A stretch of DNA of 64,000 bases from Octopus sinensis (GCF_006345805.1 NC_042998.1:110360001-110424000); one strand, 5' to 3'. Counted from the first letter of the stretch, positions 27,715 through 42,103 are shown. Translations and numbers: made by a program. The notes: generated from the sequence alone by a model not told the origin.

Positions 27715-28925
27715 AGTTAGCCGATATGGAAGGTAATTTGCTCTCTATTGTTGGAGGTGGATTAACACATCCAGTTTGCAGCTGCTGCGAAAAAGGTGGT
27801 CAAGCGAAAAGGGGCCAGGGGATCAGATTAGGAGTTATGTCCCTTGGTTGGGTGCGCTGTAAGCCCGGTAAGAGTTAGCTTGAAGTCTTTGTGGGAAAAG
27901 TGTGCGTTATTAAGTGTGGTGCTTCTGTGGGGATGGAGTGTGAGATATGTGTAATGGTGTCATAGGCATTATTTTTCCAAGGATATAGGTATATATAGTT
28001 GTGTTCGTTCATCTGTTTTCTTTCTGTATTGGTTAAAGTTTGTGGGGATTTTATCTTAGCATGCGGTGTGCAATGTGTATGTATATGGGGAGGTCTAAAT
28101 ATACGTGGGTGTACAATTTGTTTGAAGTGGTATATGATGGGGGGAGCGGTCTATTTTGTTGGGTGTCCGCCTTGTTGGAGTGTGCGTGTTTGTATACGGG
28201 AGCATTGGTTTGTGCTCTGGTCAAACTCTCCCGAGCTCGGGGTCATTGTTAGAAAGTCGAATTCGGGACCGGTGGTTGCAGTCATGGTGGGGTGCGCAGG
28301 TATGATAGGATGTACTTCCTTTCAGGTGGGCAAGCATAAAACACCTCACTCCTGCTTTTCAGGTAAATATCTAGGCGTTGGGGACCTTTAAAATTGCTCT
28401 TCTCAGCCAGGTACGTCCTTCACTTCCTGCGACTATTGAAGTACGCTTTGCATTTCTCCAGGATCTTGCACATTATGGTGTTCTCTGTGAGGTTTTCTTT
28501 CAAAGACCAAACGTGCTTGGTCAGGGTTGTGGCATTACGTTTATCCGAGACCTTGAAGGAGGACGTGTGGTTCTTAAAGCGGGTCCTGAAAGGGCCTTCC
28601 ATTCCTTCCACATACTTCCACTTGCTCGATTGCGCATTATGTCCTTTGGCTGTTAGCTCTGCTTCGTATAGAACTGTCTCTGTGTTACAGTGGCCGTTCA
28701 TCGGACAGGTGGTGTTACACCTGAATGAGCACCCTACCTCTGCCTCACGTGTAGGCCTACCTACTAAAATTTCTTTTACACTAGGTGCACAAATAAAGAA
28801 TATTCTCAGGGTATGTCTATTAAGTATTTTGCTGAATCCACTAGTACGGGAGAAGTGTTTATCATCTAAGCTAAGAAAGATATTATCTACTGTGGTCTTA
28901 ACATTTAAAGAGAAGGGTAGGGTGT
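27715..28925 (-). mobile_element. Penelope-like element 3' part (RT-linker + GIY-YIG + UTR)
   Basis: Minus strand SLNVKTTVDNIFLSLDDKHFS..KILNRHTLRI and CPMNGHCNTETVLYEAEL..KYVEGMEGPFRTRFKNHTSSF..NATTLTKHVWSLKE..KILEKCKAY. Confidence 0.85.
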
Positions 28926-29359
28926 ATGCTTATGACTGTAAGTATACATACACACACGTGCTTGCGCATAGACATATGTCATGCCTTTCGGACCAAAGTT
29001 CATGATTGTAGGCTCAACGCATTAACAACTAAACCAAGCGTTGATATACATATTTCGGTGGGTTTTTTTTATTACTACAGTACACTAATACACACTGATG
29101 CTAAATATTTACCCAATTCACTCCAGAGACATATTGGCTAATTTTCTTTTATTAGCTGAAAGGAGATGGGTATGAATACTGAATGCGTACATCAGAACAA
29201 CTCTAAAACAGATTAATTGAAATCGTGTTAAAAAATTTACAAATAAATTGGGATATATCCAAAATATTCTATGCAGTTGAGTTTTGACTTATTAGCAAGA
29301 CATATAATTATGATGTCGCTACAACCTATATGACACTGTAATACTTAGATAGGTATCGG

Positions 29360-29815
29360 ACACATTGGCCCAGGCCATAGCTAACTTAATAGCACCACCT
29401 GGAAAAGACATTTAGTAATCTATTTTTTATAGTTATTTTGGGGCTTCATTGCCCATTCAATCAAAGAGATTTGTTTGCAGCAGTATATCCGGGGTTAAGT
29501 GGCTTATCCGGTAATTGTTGGAAATATTCATCCAGGAACTTTTTGAAGGTTACGAAATCTTTTCCCGCCTTTATATGTTTTGGAATTATGTTAAAAAGAG
29601 CAGGTGCAGTTGAAAAGTAGATCTGTCAGTGTTGTGATGTGCTGACAGCACGATTTATGTAGAGGACGCATGAAACGCGGACCAAGTCTTTGGTGGATTT
29701 TAAAAGTGATACCGATATCATTTGGGCAATACTGTCGGAACAATTTCCACATCATACAAATAATAAAGCGCTCACGGCAGAGAATAAAGTTTGAGTTTCG
29801 CGAGTCGATCCCAGT
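29360..29815 (-). mobile_element. CR1/L2-group LINE 3' end, older copy
   Basis: RERFIICMMWKLF..PNDIGITF..RLGP..APALFNIIPKHIK..FKKFLDEYFQQLPDKP; same C-terminal pattern as 48657-49292. Confidence 0.8.
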
Positions 29816-30588
29816 AATTAAGACCAGACATGCCATAAATTTCTTTTTGTAATTGATCTCTGGAGTGCTTCATGCTTTTTAATATTCTGGCTCGTGTAAG
29901 AAGACCATATCGGACAATAGTGTTCAAGGTGGGGGTGGACGAATGTAGAAAAAAAGAAAGATAATGGCTGGAGTATATCTAGATTTTGTTTTTTAAATTA
30001 GAATATTCTTCAATATTCGACAAGTTACGACAAACGTTGGTGTTTACACCTCGATTAAACTTAATCATGCAGTCAAAGGAAAAAAAAATTCATCCGCAAA
30101 CTTCCTGTTATCTAAAATTACGTTATGTAATGTTTCATACCCTCTGTTAATATGGTAAGAACGGATATGATAGGTGTATAACAAATATGTTTAAAATGCC
30201 GAGCAATGACCACTTGAGTACACATTCGGTAACTTAGCATCGCAGCGATATAAGGTGATTTTGCTTTAAATTTGCTAACTCTTTGGATATTTCAGCGACG
30301 GTCTTGTGTTAATAACAGAAAGGATCCAACTCACAAATTGATCTCACATTGTTTTTAATGATTTTTGCAGGAAAAACTAAACTCTGTGACTCTTCTCCGT
30401 ATACCGTAAATATTACTCCATCTAACTTATTCGAGATCACATTGAAATAGCTATCGAGATTGATATGCCCGGAGCAATTCTGTATTCTATATTTAATTAA
30501 AGTTTCATCGTCACTACAAGATAAAGTTTGACTTGGTTTAGAATTTTTGTATTAGAATATATCTAACGACATATATGTATATATAAGC

Positions 30589-30589
<1 letters not shown>

Positions 30590-30684
<95 letters not shown>

Positions 30685-31097
30685 TGTATATAGTGTGTGT
30701 GTATGTATAGGTAGGTAGGTGGATAGATAAAAGGAGAGATAAATTGATAGATAGATACAAACATACATACATACATAGATAGATGTTCAGAATTCTTTTA
30801 TTTAATTCCAGCAGTGATTTTAGTTTTTGTGTGTCTTCAGAAGATTCACTGCAACAAATACATTGTTATTCATTCCAGATTTATTTAAATTTTTCCTTTT
30901 TTTTAAGTTCCTCTAAGCTATCTATGTTGATATAAAGAAATTTGATGAAACAACACTTAATTGTAACCATGATCTTTTCCATAGGTCGCTTATATGTTTT
31001 CATAGTATATTCATGAATACACCATACAGACAAATACAAATATTCCTGACGATATTTGTATGAATTCGTGCGTATACGTACGTAGGTACGTATATAT

Positions 31098-31129
<32 letters not shown>

Positions 31130-31132
31130 ATA

Positions 31133-31163
<31 letters not shown>

Positions 31164-31514
31164 TATATATATATATATTATATTATATAATAATATATGC
31201 ATACATATTATATATATATATATATATATACACAACCATATATATACACACATATATATATATAAATACATATATATATGTGTGTGTGTGTGTGTGTTCG
31301 CCTATGCGTTACTTAAAGATACATACTTACATATATATTATTCATGTACATTATATATATTATATATACGTGCATACATAAATGCATATATACATATATA
31401 TATATAGATACACATATAGATAAATATATATATGTAAATATATACATATATATATATATGCATACACACACACGCATTCGCACACTCACACATGCGTATG
31501 TGCATATGTATATA

Positions 31515-31556
<42 letters not shown>

Positions 31557-32069
31557 CATATATATTATATGTACAAATTCGCAGAGACATAGAATGGTAT
31601 TGGGAAATATATAACAGAGATCGCCGCCGTAGTTTCCGCACTGGTAGAGAGTAAAGCGTCGCTAAATTGATACACGGTAACCGGAAATTTCTTTCCATCA
31701 CATTTGCCTTCCGTCTCAGGACAGCAATTATTGGTTCTGACAGGTTTAAATCTGTTACATTGAATCTGTGAAGCAATGTTATATCCTGTAGGTATTTATA
31801 GAAAGAGATGTTAATGTTCAATGTTTCAAAAAGAGTTTGTAAGTTATAAACAAGTATATAGTTATATATTCTGACGAGCACACACGTACGTATATGTCCA
31901 CAAAAACAGATTACCTTATGTGTTTGTGTGTGTGTGTGTGTATGTGTATGTGTGAGTGCGCGCGCGTGTGTGTGCATTGAGCTATGTGTTTCCGTATATA
32001 TATGGAAATATATATATATATATATGTTAATACATGCACACACACAAACAAACACACACACAGACACAG

Positions 32070-32106
<37 letters not shown>

Positions 32107-32236
32107 CGTAAATATATATATATATATATATATATGCATTTGTATATAAGTTTACATGCATATATATGCATATATTATGTATATATTTATTTACAAACAC
32201 ATATATACATACAACCACACACACATATATTATTAT

Positions 32237-32267
<31 letters not shown>

Positions 32268-32299
32268 TATATACATATATTATATATATATAAATACAT

Positions 32300-32330
<31 letters not shown>

Positions 32331-32639
32331 TATATAAATACATACACACACACACACAAATATATATATACACACATACCCACACACATGTACACGCGCC
32401 TGAATGCATGCGCGTACTCCTTTCTGTTTGCGTGAGTGGGTGCATTCCGTGTATACATCTATTTATAAAACTAATAAAATATCTACTAAAACTTACATTA
32501 AACAAATATTGAAAGATGAGTAAATGTAAATTAGTACATTTGCATGTGTTATATGCATATGTACATACATGGACCCCAACAAACGCGTGCGAATACGAGC
32601 ACACACACACTCACGCATATTATATGTATATACTATATA

Positions 32640-32671
<32 letters not shown>

Positions 32672-33041
32672 GAAACATGTTCGCATAAATGTTTATATGG
32701 ATGTATGCAAGACTGATTGCACAAAATATTATGTAGATACCAACCATGCATACATTTATACATTCATACATGCATACAATGTATTATATATATATATATA
32801 TATATATACATACATATATATGTATATACACTCACACACTATATATACTTACATACACACATGTATTCCTTTTCACCCTTATACATATATATATATATAT
32901 ACATATATTTATATATATATATATAATATATATATGTATATATATATATATAATATATATACATATATATATATATTATATATAATATATATATATACAT
33001 ATATATAATATATATATATATATATATAATAATATATTAAT

Positions 33042-33093
<52 letters not shown>

Positions 33094-33993
33094 GGACAAA
33101 TGTTTTTTTTAATTGAAGATTAAAAATTTCTAATTCTATCAATATGTCTCACAAGAACAGAAACACACAAAAATTTTGGGAGTGAATTTTGGCATTCTGA
33201 CTCCTTTTTCTTTGTTCCTATGTTTTCGAATTTGTTTTATTATATCATATCATATCATATCTCTCTATCTATCTATCTATCTATCCATCTATGTTTTATA
33301 TGTATATTATATATAATATATATATATATAATATATAATATATGTATATAGATATATAAAATGTAACATATAAAATATATATATCAATTAATATATATAT
33401 ATATATTATATATATAATATATATATATATAATATGATAGTATATATATATCTATATTATATATATAATATGATATGATATATATAATATATATAACTAT
33501 ATGATATACGTTTACACAAATATAGACATGGTATACATACACACTATATATATATACATATATCTATACTATATATATTTTTATATATACATGATAACTA
33601 TATATATATCACCAAATATGTGTTGTGTTTGTCTGTGTGTATGTGTGTGTGTTTGTGTGTGTGTGAGAATCTGTCTTGTGCGTGTGTGTAATAGCCACCA
33701 ACTTAAATTCGCTGGCAGATCTATGTTAAATAATACTTATATTTAGTGATATATGTTTTACAGGTCAGTACAGGGTGATATAATGACAATATTTTTTGTT
33801 CCTGTCTCTTCTAATTTGTTGTTTAGTTCGATATCTCGGATAATGAAAAAAACTCTTCATTTATAGATTGCTTTCTAATCAACATACACCGCATACGCAC
33901 ACGCATATGTGCACGTATACATACATACATATATATGCATGTATATATATCTATATCTATCTATATACATACAAATATATATATATATGTATG

Positions 33994-34025
<32 letters not shown>

Positions 34026-34354
34026 TAGATAGACAGATAGATAGATAGATAGATGACAGATAGACAGATATATATAGAGATGTATAGATATATACGCATA
34101 TGTATATATTTCCATACATACGTACATACAGACATACCCACATGCATAAACTCACATATATATCTATATTTGAATAATTATGTATATTTATGTATACATG
34201 TGTATTTGAGCGAAATATATGTGTGCACGTAGCACATATATGTACACACACACACCGCACACACGCATGTATATATAATATATATATATATATCTATATA
34301 TACATACCTACATACATACCTACATACATGCATACACAACACACACACACACAT

Positions 34355-34420
<66 letters not shown>
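30590..34420. repeat. Large low-complexity field of (TA)n, (CA)n, (GATA)n, (TACA)n
   Basis: Directly visible; source of many spurious YIYI/HTHT ORFs. Confidence 0.9.
31565..31785 (-). CDS. Candidate terminal coding exon, Cys-rich with hydrophobic C-terminus (possibly Ly6/uPAR-like, GPI-anchored)
   Basis: Acceptor tctctttctataaatacctacag|G. Phase-1 frame: YNIASQIQCNRFKPVRTNNCCPETEGKCDGKKFPVTVYQFSDALLSTSAETTAAISVIYFPIPFYVSANLYI*. Unique, higher-GC island within microsatellites; no upstream exons identified. Confidence 0.4.
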
Positions 34421-36619
34421 GAGTGTTTGAGTGAACGAATAATACGTGCAAATGAATGTGCACCTAGTAATATCTACATATATAGATACGGAAAGGGAGA
34501 GGAAAAAAGTGTTGAAGTGAACTGAACGGAAAATAAAGTCATATAGGTGAGACGTGGAAGCGACTATCGACCTATTCTCGAGGGGGAATATTGCGATATG
34601 AGTTAGATGCCATGAGAGTAAATGTATAGTAGATATAGTAATAGTAATAGAGAGGAGTGAAGAGAGAGGAAAAGAAACGGGGAGAAAACAGAAGCGAGAT
34701 GGAGAGAATGGGAGAGAGTGGGAGAGTTAAAAGAGTAACTGAGAGTGAAAGGGAGAGAATGAAAGAGAGAGAGAGAGAGATAGATAGAGTCTCAACATAA
34801 GAAGATCATATTGAAAATAATTCCTCCAATATATTTTAAATATTTTCCCATTAAGTTTACTGCAATATATAAAGAAGAAAAACCTTTTGCCTTTTCCGAA
34901 GAATTTGCATTATGTAAAAAGCTCAATGTTTTGTATGTTAGTTATTGAACAATAACAATTGAGTTTGATATTTTGGTTTGGTTGTTCAGTCAGGTGGATG
35001 GTCACGTTTCAGTTGGTTTACAGTTTTAGTGTTTCGAAAATTGTTTCTTTAATGCTATTACATAAATGTATGTTGTTCTTCGCCTCTTTCTGAATTCTCA
35101 TATCAATAATTCTCTACTTCTATAAAAGCTATATATTTGTAAGTATATACTTATTGCTCTGTCTCTGTCTCTGTCTGTCTCTCTCTCTTTCTCGATAACA
35201 TCAATTATTACAAGTTTATGTATTTCACAGAGTTTAATATTCAACTCCATTGCGAAATCAGTGTCTTTTTTTATAAAGGTAATTGTTACTTTCCCCCAAA
35301 CACATGTTTACACATATACACGCAGTAACACTTATATACTTAATTATAACAAAAAATAATTAAATATTTTCAAGACTAGAGCTTGTAATAAAATAAAAGG
35401 GACATTTAAATGTAGTTACATATGCGCACAAATACATCTACAGAAACGCACATGCAGACAACATGAACTTATGAGTTTTGCCTTTGGGATAAACTAGCGA
35501 ATAACTGCCGTTTATATAGCCAGACCCCACTTAAGTGTTTAAATAAACAATATTTAATGACCTGAAGTACGAAATATCATTATAAACACAGTTTCATGTA
35601 GCATTAAGGAGGTTAATGTTAACATAGATGCATGGCAATGTGGTTAAGAATTTCTTTAGTCAGCCACGTGGTGCAAATCTGATTCTATAATCGCCGTACC
35701 TCTACCTCTTCTCCACTTTTGGGTTAATCAATACATTTGAGTAGAATTTGATAGACGTAAACCGAGAAGATCTATTGTGTGTACATGTAAATATACGTAT
35801 ATTTACGTGTGTACAACATGATATCAATAATACTTGACATTTGTTAAAATGAAAACGTAGTATTCTCACCGGATGGCGCGTCTTTTTGTTATTAAAATAC
35901 ATAATATAATGACACCTAATTTGAGAAAATTCATGAGAAATCTTATATAACAATGTTCGATAGTGAGAATGAAAACAGTCTGGTATTTCCATAAATAGTC
36001 AGCGATGAAAATAGAAAATATCGCTGGAAATTCTCAACTAGAATGCCGATATAATAGCGTGTTTTGTCAATAGATACAAAGATACAAACAGAACATGTGC
36101 AGAGCAAAAACCAAGTAAATGAATCCAAAGCAATGAATTCTACTGACAGTAACAGACATCTGACGCCTCTTGTCTTCGCAAGACTTATATTATTTGTCTC
36201 TCATTTTATGAAATATACTTTCTTGTTTTCCATTAATTTATCGGTGTGATTGTCAGCAAACTTTTTCTGTCTTTCTACTTGATGTTATCCCCCTGACTGG
36301 GTTTTGCAAGTAAGAAATTTAGATTTAATCATATATGTATAATTCCGATATAATCAATAGTACAAGTACTTTGAATTAATTTCTGTCTCAAACATAAAAA
36401 ATATTAATTTGTGGATGCAAACTTGATTAATTGTTCAATACATTTCTTTTATCCTGTAGTTATAACACTCCTTAGACTATCGTCATTATAGGTATCGCCC
36501 TAAAGTGTGTAGTTGAATAAATCATCTGAAGAACTTATCATTTTAAAGTTTGATATTTATTCTATCGTCCCTTGGCGAAAACCAAGGTTACGAGGAATTA
36601 AACAACCGAAGTACGGTTG

Positions 36620-37315
36620 TGAAGCATTGGGGGACAAACTCAAGAATTACGTACACATAAACGCGCACCTAAAGCAGTGGCAGAATGTTATTTTGAGACG
36701 AGTCATTCTTTACCTTATATCCGACCTCCGGCTGAGTATACGTTTGGTGAGAGCCAAAAGAAGCGTTTGACCGAGACTACCTTCTTCCAACTGTTAAACA
36801 TGGAGGAGGATCTGTGATTATCGGGGGTGGGGGGCTATATCTTACAAATGCCGGCCCAATGGTTTCCCTTCGTGACAGAATTAATAGTCAACACTGTTTA
36901 AGCATTTTACCTGATCAAATTCATCCTATGGTTGCGGAACTGTTTCCGAAAGGAAACGCAATCTTTCAGGAAGATAAGGCACTAATTCACACGGCTAAAC
37001 TTGTTACTAAATGGCACAAGGAACATTCTAGTGAAGTTGAACATCTTATCGGGCCACACAGTCCTCAGATCTCAATATTATTGAACATTTATGGTGCGTT
37101 TTAGAAAAACATTTAAGGAAGCGATATCCTCTAACATTATCACTACGAGAATTGTTTTAGCTGAAGAATAGACAAACATTCCTTTGGAAACAATTCAAAC
37201 TTTGCACGAGTCCATACCACGTAGTATTCAAGCTGCCAAAGGCGGTCCTATACGACATTAAAATAAATTTGTTTGAAATTTTAAGGTGTTTCTATTATTT
37301 TGTCAAACCCCTGTA
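36620..37315 (+). mobile_element. Tc1/mariner (DD34E-type) DNA transposon 3' remnant with right terminus
   Basis: WQNVI../DESFFTL..VYVW..LPTVKHGGGSVI..IFQEDKALIHTAK..DLNIIEHLW; ends ttttgtcaaacccctg-TA, a typical CAG...-type TIR plus TA target. Confidence 0.9.
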
Positions 37316-37332
37316 TAAATATATATTTTATA

Positions 37333-37449
37333 TCACGTGATCACGTGACCGACCAGACCATCAGATGTTGTTACACATCGCTGGTCACAATGCGTTCGCA
37401 TTGTTTTAGCTTTCGAAAGACGCTACCCCGCTGGCTAAGCGAGCAGGCC

Positions 37450-37450
<1 letters not shown>
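37333..37450. repeat. Short GC-richer island inserted in (TA)n, starting with palindromic TCACGTGATCACGTGA; probable interspersed repeat fragment
   Basis: Sharp boundaries with TA tracts; family not assigned. Confidence 0.4.
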
Positions 37451-37503
<53 letters not shown>

Positions 37504-37747
37504 ATATATTATATACATACGTTTATAATATAAGGTAAATAATTATTAATTTAAAACAAAACAACAATTATTTTCGGGTAGATTTCGGTATGTCAATATA
37601 ACCATTATCGGTAGGATCTATATATAAAGGGTTGTATGTGGAGTCTTATTTGGAGAAAATAGAAATAAACAGTCTTTGACTGCTATTTCTAATTTTTCGT
37701 TTGGTGTCCTTTTTTATTTACATATATATATATATATATATATATAC

Positions 37748-37783
<36 letters not shown>

Positions 37784-38042
37784 TAAATATAAGGATAAGG
37801 AGGTTATGGAAGTCGATATGCAAAGATTATTAAATGCATTTTATACAAAATAACTTTCATATGCTTACATATAAAATGGTCTTACATAGAATAGAAATGA
37901 TATCAGGAATTAAAGGGATTGAATAAGGGGTTTTAGGCGTTTAACAGCTGTTTCTGGGGGCTTGGTGTTTCAAAATAATGATCGTAAATTGATTCCATCA
38001 TCGGATAGTACCATTCTCTGTCTTCAGAGAATAAGTTTTAAA

Positions 38043-38074
38043 TTGAGGTGTTGACATTTATGTCAACACCTCAA
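38043..38074. repeat. Hairpin: 15-bp perfect arms, 2-nt loop
   Basis: ttgaggtgttgacat-tt-atgtcaacacctcaa. Confidence 0.9.
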
Positions 38075-39249
38075 ATGTTACATTTTCTCCTCTACCTGCT
38101 CAAATTTAAATCTCTTCAGCTGTACGAAGATCATTCTATACGGAAAATATCTGTGTGTATGTGTGTGTGTGTGTTTGTATACTTTTAATGTACACTTTCA
38201 CATTATATAGTTGTGATATTCTAATAGTATTATAGAGGTAGATTTTTAAACATGCCTATTGTCTCCAATTAATCATCAAGCTCTGTTTACAAGGTTTATA
38301 GGAGTTAATATTTAGGACAATAGTTTAAGAGGAATCACACGAGATGATGGTATAAAATCACAAGTGTCTAACGTCTGCAATGCAGCTGCTCAATCTGGAG
38401 AGGATGGTGTTCTTTAAATCACCAAAAGAAACTTGTCCATATGTTTACGCTTGCTGAAGGTTGCTGATCTAGAATTCAGCAGTTCGGTGGATGTCTTTGA
38501 TCAATTAACGATATATGATTTTTCAGCTATGTATATCTTACCTTTTTCAATCCATTATCATATGGCATGGATATTTTTACGATTTTTCTCTTCCTCGTAT
38601 GTGGGATCGACTTGGTCCTTAAACTCCATACGTCGCTAGCCAACTTAGTGCTTTTCTTTTGTTCATCTCTTGGAAAGAAGATGGGTGCCTAGCATAGTGA
38701 TAACTGGTTTTATCAAGCACCTTTGGTCTAGTGGACAAGCTCCAGGGTCCCGAAAAATACAACTGGGAGTGGGCTCTTGGTAGCATTTGCAAGTAATGAT
38801 GTTCTTCCTATTCGTGCAGCAGCTCTCATTATTTAAATGAACGTCTGTTGAAAATCCTTCTGTATTTGTGATTTTCAAGTATATGAATATCTAAGAGCGA
38901 CAAACGTTTTACTTAGTTTTAAAACTCAGAAAAGTGTGTGTTTGTGGGGGACAAATCAAATTATTTTCCTAGGTCTATTCTTAGGTTTCTTTTTTATTAT
39001 TCGTATTATTACTGGATGTTTTGAGATATAACTTATCTCTGAAGTCACTGTTGGATAGGGTATTGTTTTAGTAGTAGGCTGCCTTATAAAGAATTTCTTT
39101 AGAAGAGTAGACGGATATCCTATTGTTAATGTTGACTATCATTGTTTTAAAAAGTGTAGGGTGGTAGCAGGAATGTTTGTGTATCTAGGAAAGTATCTCG
39201 CTGGGCTTATGTTATGGTTATAAATGTGAGAGTTTTTAGATCGCGGGAA

Positions 39250-40694
39250 TTTTTTTATTTACCAAGACCTAAATTCGCCATAGGAGAATGTAGCCACAAG
39301 ACACACACCAGGCATTCCATTGATTTCCCAACTCAAAGAAGCGAGCTCCGTCCTATGCTCGGGTCAAGGCATAGAAAGCAACCCCCGATATCAGAAGCGG
39401 GGCCGGACAGCATATGCTGGTTTCCCCACGCCGCATCATGCTGGTTCCGTACCCCTTTGAGCAACTTCAATTCACTCATCCGATCACAAACACTCTCCAA
39501 GTTTTCCTATCATTTATAAACGCTCTTGCCTCTCTCACTCCAATACTTCTAAGCACTAAAGTTTTCCTCACTCCATTCATCCACATAAAACGAGGTCAGT
39601 ATCAGGTTCTACTGCCTATCACCACTGCCTTCATCCTCCTCCTTACCGTCCTCTCCATGTGGCCAAACCACCTCAACGTTCGTCTATCAATTCTGGTACA
39701 TAGATTTTCTCTCACTTCTGCTCGCCTTCGCACCTCCTCATTCCTCACCTCCGTGTCACACCTATCATAGTCCTCCGCATTCCTCATCCACCGGTGTCAC
39801 ACCAACCATAGCTCTAAAACATTTCATCCCAAATAAATCTAGTCACCTCCTTTTCATCTGTCTCAGACTCCACATCTCTGCACCAGATTACATTGTCAGC
39901 ACAATCATGGTTTCATACACCCTTATTTTCGCTTTCACACTCAACCTTTTATCTCTCAGCATATATTTCATAACTTCAAGTACCTTACTCCACTCCCTTA
40001 CTCTATGTCCCACCTTTTCAGCCGCACCCCACTCGCCATCACATGTAATCCCAGATACTTAAGAGCATTCACCTCCTCTAACATCTCATCATTTATACTC
40101 ATATTCAACAACTCCATACAACTGCAACACCTGCCACATTTTAGCCCTATCCACTCGGTCATATGCCTTCTCTTAATCCATAAAGGCCCAATATATATCC
40201 CTCTTTTGCCAGAAACTTCTCGCACATCTGCCTTACTACAAATATCTGATCTGCACACCCTTTCCACTCCTAAAACCACACTGCTCTTCCCTTAATATAT
40301 TCTGTGCCTGGTTCCTCATCCTTACAATCAGAACTCTCCCATACAGTTTACCAACCACACATAAAAGACTTACACCCCTAACATTTCCACACTCACATTT
40401 ATCCCCTTTCCCTGTGTACAGTGGTACTGTACAGGCACTGCACCAGTCCTTTGATACTCTTCCATCCATATAACAGACATTAATACGCCTCATTAACCAT
40501 TCAATCACTACGAATCCTTTTTTTTAGGCATTCTATACAGTCGCAGGTGGTGGTTTGCTAGTTAGCCCATAACTGGGACCCTTACAGGTGCCACCACGCC
40601 GGGCCAGAGTAGATCTGGGAACCATAGTGGCTAAGAGGTAGTTCCATACGCCTCAAATCATGAAGCCAGGGTTCCAGGGTCCTGCTATATATCC
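39250..40694 (-). mobile_element. RTE-clade LINE, internally deleted, nested in the PLE
   Basis: VSKDWCSACTVPLYTGKGDKCECGNVRGVSLLCVVGKLYGRVL..EEQCGFRSG; LEEVNALKYLG; VRNEEVRRR..TLRWFGHMER. A-rich 3' tail at 39250; candidate TSD agatcgcgggaa (39238) / agatcgagagaa (40695). Confidence 0.9.
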
Positions 40695-42103
40695 AGATCG
40701 AGAGAAACATCTCCAAAATTGACTTTGACAGATTAGTTTTGACAGTGATTTTAAGGTCGAATTGACTAATGGTAGCGATGAGTTTTCCTTAAATTTATCA
40801 AGAGTGTGAACGTCATAGCCATGTGAAATTGAAAATCCATTGTTTTGGTAGAGATCTACATCGTTCAACGGGAACTTGGAGATCTTAGTGTGTTTGCTAT
40901 AAGGATACAAGATTGTAGTGGTGAGCACTGTCATACGATCCCATCAATAAACCGAGCAAGTTATCTGTATCGGATTTTAAACTCATGCTGAGCCTTTACT
41001 ATATTAAAAATACTTTTCTCAGATGCATGATAAAGTCTAAGTTTATATAGTCTATATCAACATATATATTTGCAAAAGCAGTCGCCTTATCAAGCAGCCA
41101 TCTCGATATCGAGAGATAAAAACATTTAACATCGAAGTGTGTAAATATAGACCTATGCTTTAAAACCTTAATCTACTCTGTTACAGTATTGTAATTTAAT
41201 TGTATAGCAAATTTAGATACTAATATTCCTTAGTAGCTTTTTGGCTACTAACCCGATTTCAGTCCTCGCTGTTTAAAAATCTGCAAGTAGGCTTCCTCTT
41301 GAAATTAGGTTTGTGATTTTTTACAGTAATAAAAGCATACCTTTTTGTTAAGCATTCTAATCTATGATCGATTTTATACGTTCAGAGAGGGATTTTGCCT
41401 CATCGTTAATATCATTGCATCTCTCTCTCACTGTTACTTTTTATATTTAGTGGGAAAATTCTCATAAAGAAACTTATCATATAGATCGAAAGTGACTTCT
41501 TACAGGTTGTTGCTCTTATCAGAAAATATGAACTTCATTTTATAACTTCTAAAATTTCTAATATCAGATGTTAGTCCGGCTTGACAGGTGTTATAGTAGG
41601 TGCGGAATCTAATATTGGTAATTATATATATACATATATATATAGACAGACACAAACACATCCCATACAAACACACACACGCGCACGCACATGTACTCAC
41701 ACACACACTTGTATGCGTATAATCAAATGCTGCTTGTATATAGGAAGTGATGATCAAGGAAGCTGGTTAGAAATTTTATCCTCACATAAAATGTTGTAAT
41801 AAAGATTTTATTAATTAAACATGAACCTATATATCTAATAAATCTACCGAGGATATATCATTGCAATTTCATTAAATTATATTTTTACAGAACCCTATAA
41901 ATTATGTTGAGAAATGTACTATATAACTTCCCATCTATATGTATATTTTTAAATATATGAAAATTGTAATATATTTTATACAGAATCTCATATACTTAAA
42001 TTATGTACAATCAGCTTGGCTAACAAGTATTAAGTACTTTTGTCTAAGTCTTGTGCGGCGTGAGAATTATTCTAATCCAGCGTCAGAATTCCGTGTAATG
42101 TCT

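Larger units (their letters stand above)
37900..41610 (-). mobile_element. Near full-length decayed Penelope-like element (RT + GIY-YIG), interrupted by RTE at 39250-40694
   Basis: Ordered minus-strand motifs: FSDKSNNL (41500); AFITVKNHKPNFKRKPTCRFLN and FDVKCFYLSIS..LLDKA (41340-41080); MGSYDSA (40940); LYQNNG (YxDD-equivalent); LKITVKTNL..DVSLDL (40700); HKPSE..IHKHS; KAAYY.NNTL; RKII.F (38960); CPLDQRCL (38730); HHR remnant ~37940-38006. Confidence 0.85.

Noticed and set aside
27770-27830. Possible HHR at the end of the 27.7-28.9 kb PLE
   Set aside because: Only cagctg remains; both core boxes are broken.
40545-40640. Possible HDV-like ribozyme in the RTE 5' segment (GCCACUA/UGGUGGC stem, gggCUAA)
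   Set aside because: Could not build P2, P3 or P1.1 consistently by eye; needs a descriptor search on the family consensus.
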